Part shown: positions 57,888-64,000 of the stretch, one piece after another
Layout of the letters: each line of letters starts with the position of its first letter
Position numbering within the stretch: the stretch's first letter is position 1
Source of the DNA: Eledone cirrhosa
Taxonomy: Eukaryota
Assembly: GCA_964016885.1 (NCBI GenBank)
Contig: OZ024742.1
Coordinates: 305,102,001-305,166,000, forward strand
Length of the DNA stretch: 64,000 nucleotides
Direction: 5' to 3'
Program-made: the position numbers and the translations under genes
Notes under the pieces: model-generated
What the model saw: only the letters and a program-made list of their open reading frames with translations
The model's database searches: none
Told to the model about the DNA's origin: nothing

Positions 57888-59278
57888 CAGTTTTCCACCT
57901 TCATTTTACAGGCACATACTCAGACCACCTTTCAACAAAATGCTGGGAAGAGGGCACTTCCCTCTCTACCCTGATTTTCCTTTTCAAATTAAATTTGAAA
58001 AAGTTAATCAGGGCATCACCGAAGGGGTAACTGCTCGTCTTCAGCCCTTTCAAACGCGTCCACCATACTATCTCTTTCGCCATGGCCACCAGACAGATAA
58101 AAACTGCCTACCCTTCCCGGCTAAAGGAAGAGGGCGGAGCAATCCTCACGATGGACTCAGCTGATAGCCGGATTCGTCCTACACGTGACAGTAGGTGTTC
58201 GACATAAACCCACAAGTCAGCAATGCTCGGACACTGGACAAGTGAGTGCAGGACGGTTTCGTCGCCCTGTGCGCATCTCGAACATGCCCGGCTGACGGCA
58301 CCTGTAGAGTTTATCCCGAACTGGCAAAGCTCCTCGGTAGCACTGCCAGGCCAGGGATTTCTGGAAGTTGTCCATAGGCCTCGGCCCGAAAGTTCTTCCA
58401 AAGAGATTGGCTAGTTGATTTCCGTCGACGCCTAGAGTTTCCCCAAGTACGTCGTCGCTCTTCCCCTCCACTAATACTCTATAGAACGCGAAGGTGGAGT
58501 TTCCACCGATCACATTGCTCGACTGGTCGAGGGCTGTGGGCGCCTGAAGACATTCCAGTCTCCAAGCGCTCCCTCTCGGTTTTCGCTTGACCCAGGACTG
58601 CAGCTCAGTCAAGGAGACGGGCTGGGGAAAGACGCGTCTAGCAAACGGCGACCACACCTGATCACCTTCGAGGAAGAGGTGGAGATGTCATAGCCCGAGC
58701 GCGTGTCTGCGCATCATCAGCCACGGCATGCCCAGACCTCCACGTCAGATGGACCGCCTGACCATCGGAGCGCATCCTTTCCACAAAAAGAGAAAGAGCA
58801 AATCCTCCAGCGCAGTCAGGCGAGACTTAGGACAAGGTACGACGGTCAGGCGTTAGTAGATGACGGACGCTATGTACGTATTCGCCACCTCCGCTCGCTC
58901 TTTCAGGGATAGCTTCCTCTCTGCCCATTTCTGGGTGAGAGAAGCCACCCTGCTCGTTACCTAGTCCCAGTTTTTGTCCGTCTGGAGGTCCGGACCGAAA
59001 CAAACCCTCAGCAATTTAACCAGTCCGTCCGTCCAGCGCCCGACGACGCTATTGGACGGCATGGACCTGCCTCTCCAGGTGCCGAGCTGCAGGCCCACCT
59101 ACTTTTCCTGGTTGATCATTGCTCCTGTCACCGCTTCGTATTCTCTTAGTGTAGTGCCGATTGCCTCGATGTGTTTGGTGTTCGACACCACTACGGTGAC
59201 ATCGTCCGCATATGCTGACACGGATCTTCCGTATCCTAGTTCGCGCGGGACCCCCCCCCCCCCCTCAACGTCTCCAGT
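57888..59278 (-). mobile_element. Older degraded Tx1-like ORF2 fragment
   Basis: VSAYADDVTV, LTELQSWVK, PMDNFQKSLAWQCYRGALPV and KEIVWWTRLKG spread over several frames. Confidence 0.9.
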
Positions 59279-62200
59279 TTGTGCAGTAACCGCCAATAAT
59301 AATGATAATAATAATAACCGTACATCCGCTCTATTTTTTATGATTATCGATAATCGATTTTAAGTGTCCAGTGTTGATTTTATTGAAAACATGCAAGATG
59401 GTGTACCTGTTTCCAATGGTTTATTACATTGAAGCATGTGAAATTAAATTTCATTCTAAAGACTCAGGACACGTCTTGTAGCTGATAGGTTCGTGCAGCT
59501 CATCGTGATCCCGGTAATGTAATGCCTTATTCGTTTAGCCTGTTGGAGAATGGTTAGTTATTTCAAAAGACAGATACATAATGCTTAATTAGTGTAATAA
59601 TTGAACAGCATTGTTAGTAGACGTTGATTAGAATAATTCAACTAATTAATCAATACCTATATAAAGCGAATTTGATAGAGTCAACGTTCCTCATAAGGTT
59701 CTTTCCTAAATGGGTGAATGATCTGATTCATAAATTCAGCCGACGAATTTATAATCATGGATTTGAACTCATCACGGCAAAGCAGTGAATACTTCATCAG
59801 TTATTAAGTACTTCCTGTTGTTTGAAACAGGAAGCCTAGCCTCCAGTGAAAGGCATATTCAATGTCTGTATAGTGAGGAGCAATAACAAGATTCCACTAT
59901 TCATGATACCTAATTGTAATGAGATGGTCTGGATTGGAGACAGGTAAATTTAACGTTTATAATGCTAAACTGGATCAATGAACGTGGACTACGACGTTCA
60001 TAGTAATAATGCATTCTGAGAGATAGTTAAAAACTAAGACTATAATATTAGTTCTGGGTCAGTATATGTTAAATTCAAGGATCACGGTTCTAGTGCTAGA
60101 ACAATGAAATTTAAAGATTATGGCCATTATCACTCTCATTATCAGAGTGATGACAATCATGTGTTAGTAAGGGAATATGAACTACAGCCTTGTAGTCAAA
60201 CTAATGGACGATACTTGATTGATTCGACCAGCAGTGACCAACAACATCACTCTAAACATTAATAGCGATTAGTGAGAATTTGCTATTAAATAAATTGACC
60301 CTTACATATGTAGACCATCACCTGTGTCCTCGAATTATAATGATTATATTACATTAGCACTAAAATGATTTTTCTATATTTCTTTCGTTTTTACTCATTT
60401 TCTTTCATTTCTACCATTTAACCTATTAGTCTAGTTGCATCTAAGTTTCACATATATCGCTATAGATTTTGTTACTCCAAAAAACCAAGACTTGAATCAT
60501 TAGCATTTCAAATTCTGCCTAGTTAATTAATATATTTTACAAAAACAGATTTTAGAAACACTGCTTTCTCAAATAGGTTGCTCAAACACTACAACAACTT
60601 TCAAATGCTAATATCAACAAACGACCACTGTTGATGAGATTCTAAACATCTGGAAGTAGTGTTTATAAATGAATATATGGTAATTTTATAGTGAACAACC
60701 TCATAAATATCTCCGGTGTATTGCTGCAATTATGCAAATCACAAACTTATTTGTCTATAATATACTGTATTGTAAAATTGATGAATACCGTATGATAAAG
60801 TGTCCTCCCACTGATTCAACACGCCACGAGGTTTCAAGCGGCAGTATTGTACGTAATCACAAATCAAACAAGTATCCTGTTCATGAGAATGGTCTAGTCT
60901 CGATATAAACTCTTGATGAAAAGATGCAGCAACACCGTAGTAAATTCCATAAGAATATCACAGAAAAGTCAGGTCTTAAAATTTGAATCCTAATTTCTCT
61001 ATCAAAGATTAAGAGAGCGCTTGGTGGTTAGAATGTTAAGCTCCGGATCGTAACATTGTGAATTCTATTCACAATGATCCTTTATTTAACGTTGCTCCAC
61101 TCCACTAAGCCAGAAACAATGATTTATACCTGCAATTCACAGGTCCCATCTTGTCACGCACTGTGACACACTGAATCTCCTTGAGGACCCTTTTAAGAGT
61201 TTACGGAATGTCCAGCTTCCTGCACGCTAATTCCACTAGCAGAACTCTCATCTTCGAAACTGATGGAGATTCAATAAATAAGATTAATGTATTTCGTGAA
61301 GACAAAAAAATATATTTCGAACAAGACAATATATTTATTAGTCTTTTGTCAGGACATTATGGAAGGGACATAATATTTGTATTAATTAGAACAGTTTTAA
61401 ACTAAGCCACTTAATAAAATAAACTGGAAATCAGTAATGGTATGAAAAGAAACTGGTTAGAGTAAACGATACCTTATCATTTTAACCCTTATCATCCTGT
61501 AATGATTTAGCAGAAAATATTTCTAAAAATATGTTTGTTAATTCAGATGTAAATAGTATCTTTCATTGGCAGATCGTTGTGAAAATAGGCTGTAAACTAA
61601 AGTAAGGACTGTAGCTCCATAATGTGATTATGTTTTAGTCCTATTATGCACTATTCGATTTTGCCTTGCTAATGTTGTTCAATATGATACAGAACGTTAA
61701 AATTCAGGAAAAGTTTATAACAACAATGAATTGTCTATATTCAACACTTTATATTTTTCGAGTTTGAAATAAAACAATATATATTTCTTCAAACTGTTCG
61801 TAAGTGTGTGTCTCTTCCCAACAACAATTTTTTTCTGTTTAGTCCCATTGTGCAGCAGGAGTTAAGTGTATTTTACTAAAGCGATGGATTTACCAATATT
61901 ATCTAAGTGGAATCTAATGAACGTGGCTTCCAAATTCCATTATAAGCATCTGTGTGTGTCGGGTGGTGGGTTTAGTCTGCGTATCTGTCTCTCTGTCTGT
62001 CTGTATGTATGTATATATGTATTTTTGTGAAGCGTGAGACGATTAGTCTTCATTAAGACATCTCTCTATGATATAAAATCAGATATAAAATCTGTCTCCG
62101 TTTACATTCAATGATGTAGAGCAGTTCATCTTTTTAGGCAAATGCTTTCGATGTTCAGAGACTCGGATTGGTTCCGTGCAGAGCCTTTCCTCACTTAAAA

Positions 62201-64000
62201 AACTTGAAGCACAGGCGTCGCTTGATATGTGACATTTCTTGAAATGCATGGCATTGCTGGTCATAGGCAAGTCGCTGGCAGGACTAAAAAGCCATGTCCG
62301 TGATGCTTATGCTTAACAATCAAGCGATGGCATTACTCGAAATTGAGTTGTAGCCCTCATCATGTATGTATGCCTGTATGTATATATGGGCTTAATACAA
62401 CACCAATAACAGAAAGACGTTAAGTTAAAATGGTTACTTAGCTAATCATTAAAATATATCGATACCAGGCGAAACTTAACTACTGTGGTCACTATGGTCG
62501 ACTAAAACGCTCTTGGAGATTGTGCCTCAGCATGGTTGCAGTCCAATAACTGAAGCCAGTAAAAAAAAAAATATTTAAAACTGAAATACTATTGCTATAT
62601 ATATACACACTAATGAATCATTAGAGATTACAAGAATTGTTTGTGTATTCCAGCTAGGAGTCTGAGGACAGCTGTTGAATGCAATTTTTTCTGTGAATGG
62701 CGAAGCATGTGTTTTCTGTGCACACTTGCCACTACTTGACTCCAAGATGTTTGTCTTGCTGGATAGACTGCTGTCACTTCTACCACTAGCTTCCTGTTGT
62801 TTTGGCAGTAGCTTTTCTAGCATTTTTATTGTTGGGTTTTTGTTTTGTATTTGATATTGTTGTTGTTTTTCTCCTCTTGTGTCTCTTGCTGCGACTGCTA
62901 ATGATTTTGTGTTGTTTATTAATCCTTGTTATTTTCGTTTTTTTTTTTGTCTTTTTAAATCTTATTGTCGTTGTATTGGTAAAAGTTATTGTGGAATTTT
63001 TTTTCTGCTATGCTGTCATTTTTATTGTTGTTATTATTGTCTTCTTTGTTGTTGATATTTAAGTTCCTGCTGTTATTGTTGCTGCTGTTGTGGCTGCCGC
63101 TACATCTGCATCTGATGCTGTAGATAACATTTGTTCACGTCACGTGTTATATTATTGGCAATATTTCAACAGTGAATATGTGGTTAATTACTGTTTTTGT
63201 TATTGTTGTGTGTGTGTGTTTATGTCTGTGTGAGTGTGTGTTTTGTTCTTGTCATATTGGAGGTGGTCGTTTTCGTTGTCAATGTATTACCTTCTCCCTT
63301 TCAGGCTTGTAGTGTTATGTGTTTTAGAAATGAAAATATATTTTTTTTTTCTTTTCTTGTTTTTTTAATTTTTATTTTTATATTTGCTTTTATTTTTTGA
63401 TTTGGTGGTTGGTGGCGGGGACTTTTCCACTCAGACCAATCCTGCTTATGAATAATATTATCATTATTTATATTTTCCGATTCTTTATATTCTGCTTTCA
63501 AATCGCGCTGAAGTAAACATTTTCAGGGTTGATAAAATAAAGTGCCATTCAAATACTGGGTCAAATTCATTTACTGAACCATCCCTTATTCAAAATGTTT
63601 GGCCTTGTGTCTACAAGAGAAAAATTACCTCAGTAGTCTCATTTTTATTTGATGTCCATACTGAAGAGAACGTAACAGTTTGGCAATAGGTAAAGAAGAA
63701 ATATAAACAGAAGAAAGTTCTGTTGTATATATCGTGTACCCCATATATCTTATTTCTGGTCTCAGAAATTGGTTTATACATATGAAATTGTTATGATAAT
63801 ATTCAATGTTTTATCTATATTCCTATGCAGATTACAATTTGCTAAGAATGCGCCTCTATGCTCACTATTATCAAAAGACGATGGGGTATAGGAGGTTTCA
63901 CAGAGGGACGGCGTTCTCTTCGGTGCAGAAGGCTTCTAGAGTCTACACCTTCCCATTTCCAACCACAGACTGTGGACCGAAGATTGCAGGTTCTAAACCT

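Noticed and set aside
63655-63695. CTGAAGA-GAAC..GTT hammerhead candidate
   Set aside because: The GAAA core is missing.

Overview
Repeat-dominated animal genomic DNA. The extreme (TA)n/(CA)n/(GATA)n load and the SINE types suggest an octopus or other cephalopod (inference). I cannot identify any host gene with confidence, and most short ORFs in the track are microsatellite or antisense artefacts. Main contents: (1) A young L1/Tx1-type non-LTR retrotransposon family (CCHC ORF1; APE-RT-CCHC ORF2) whose four copies with an identifiable 3' end all abut (TATC/GATA)n and have no poly(A). These are a head-to-tail stack at 1-7.4 kb, a full-length copy with intact ORF2 and a 25-bp target-site duplication at 29.7-35.5 kb, and a 3'-UTR copy at 47.1 kb; older relatives are also present. 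(2) Penelope-like element (PLE) remnants with a GIY-YIG ORF, minimal hammerhead ribozymes and many inverted-repeat (fold-back) structures; the full-length Tx1-like copy sits inside one of these. (3) Fragments of RTE, R4/Dong-like and CRE-like LINEs, several tRNA-type SINEs, and 25-, 36- and 69-bp minisatellites.
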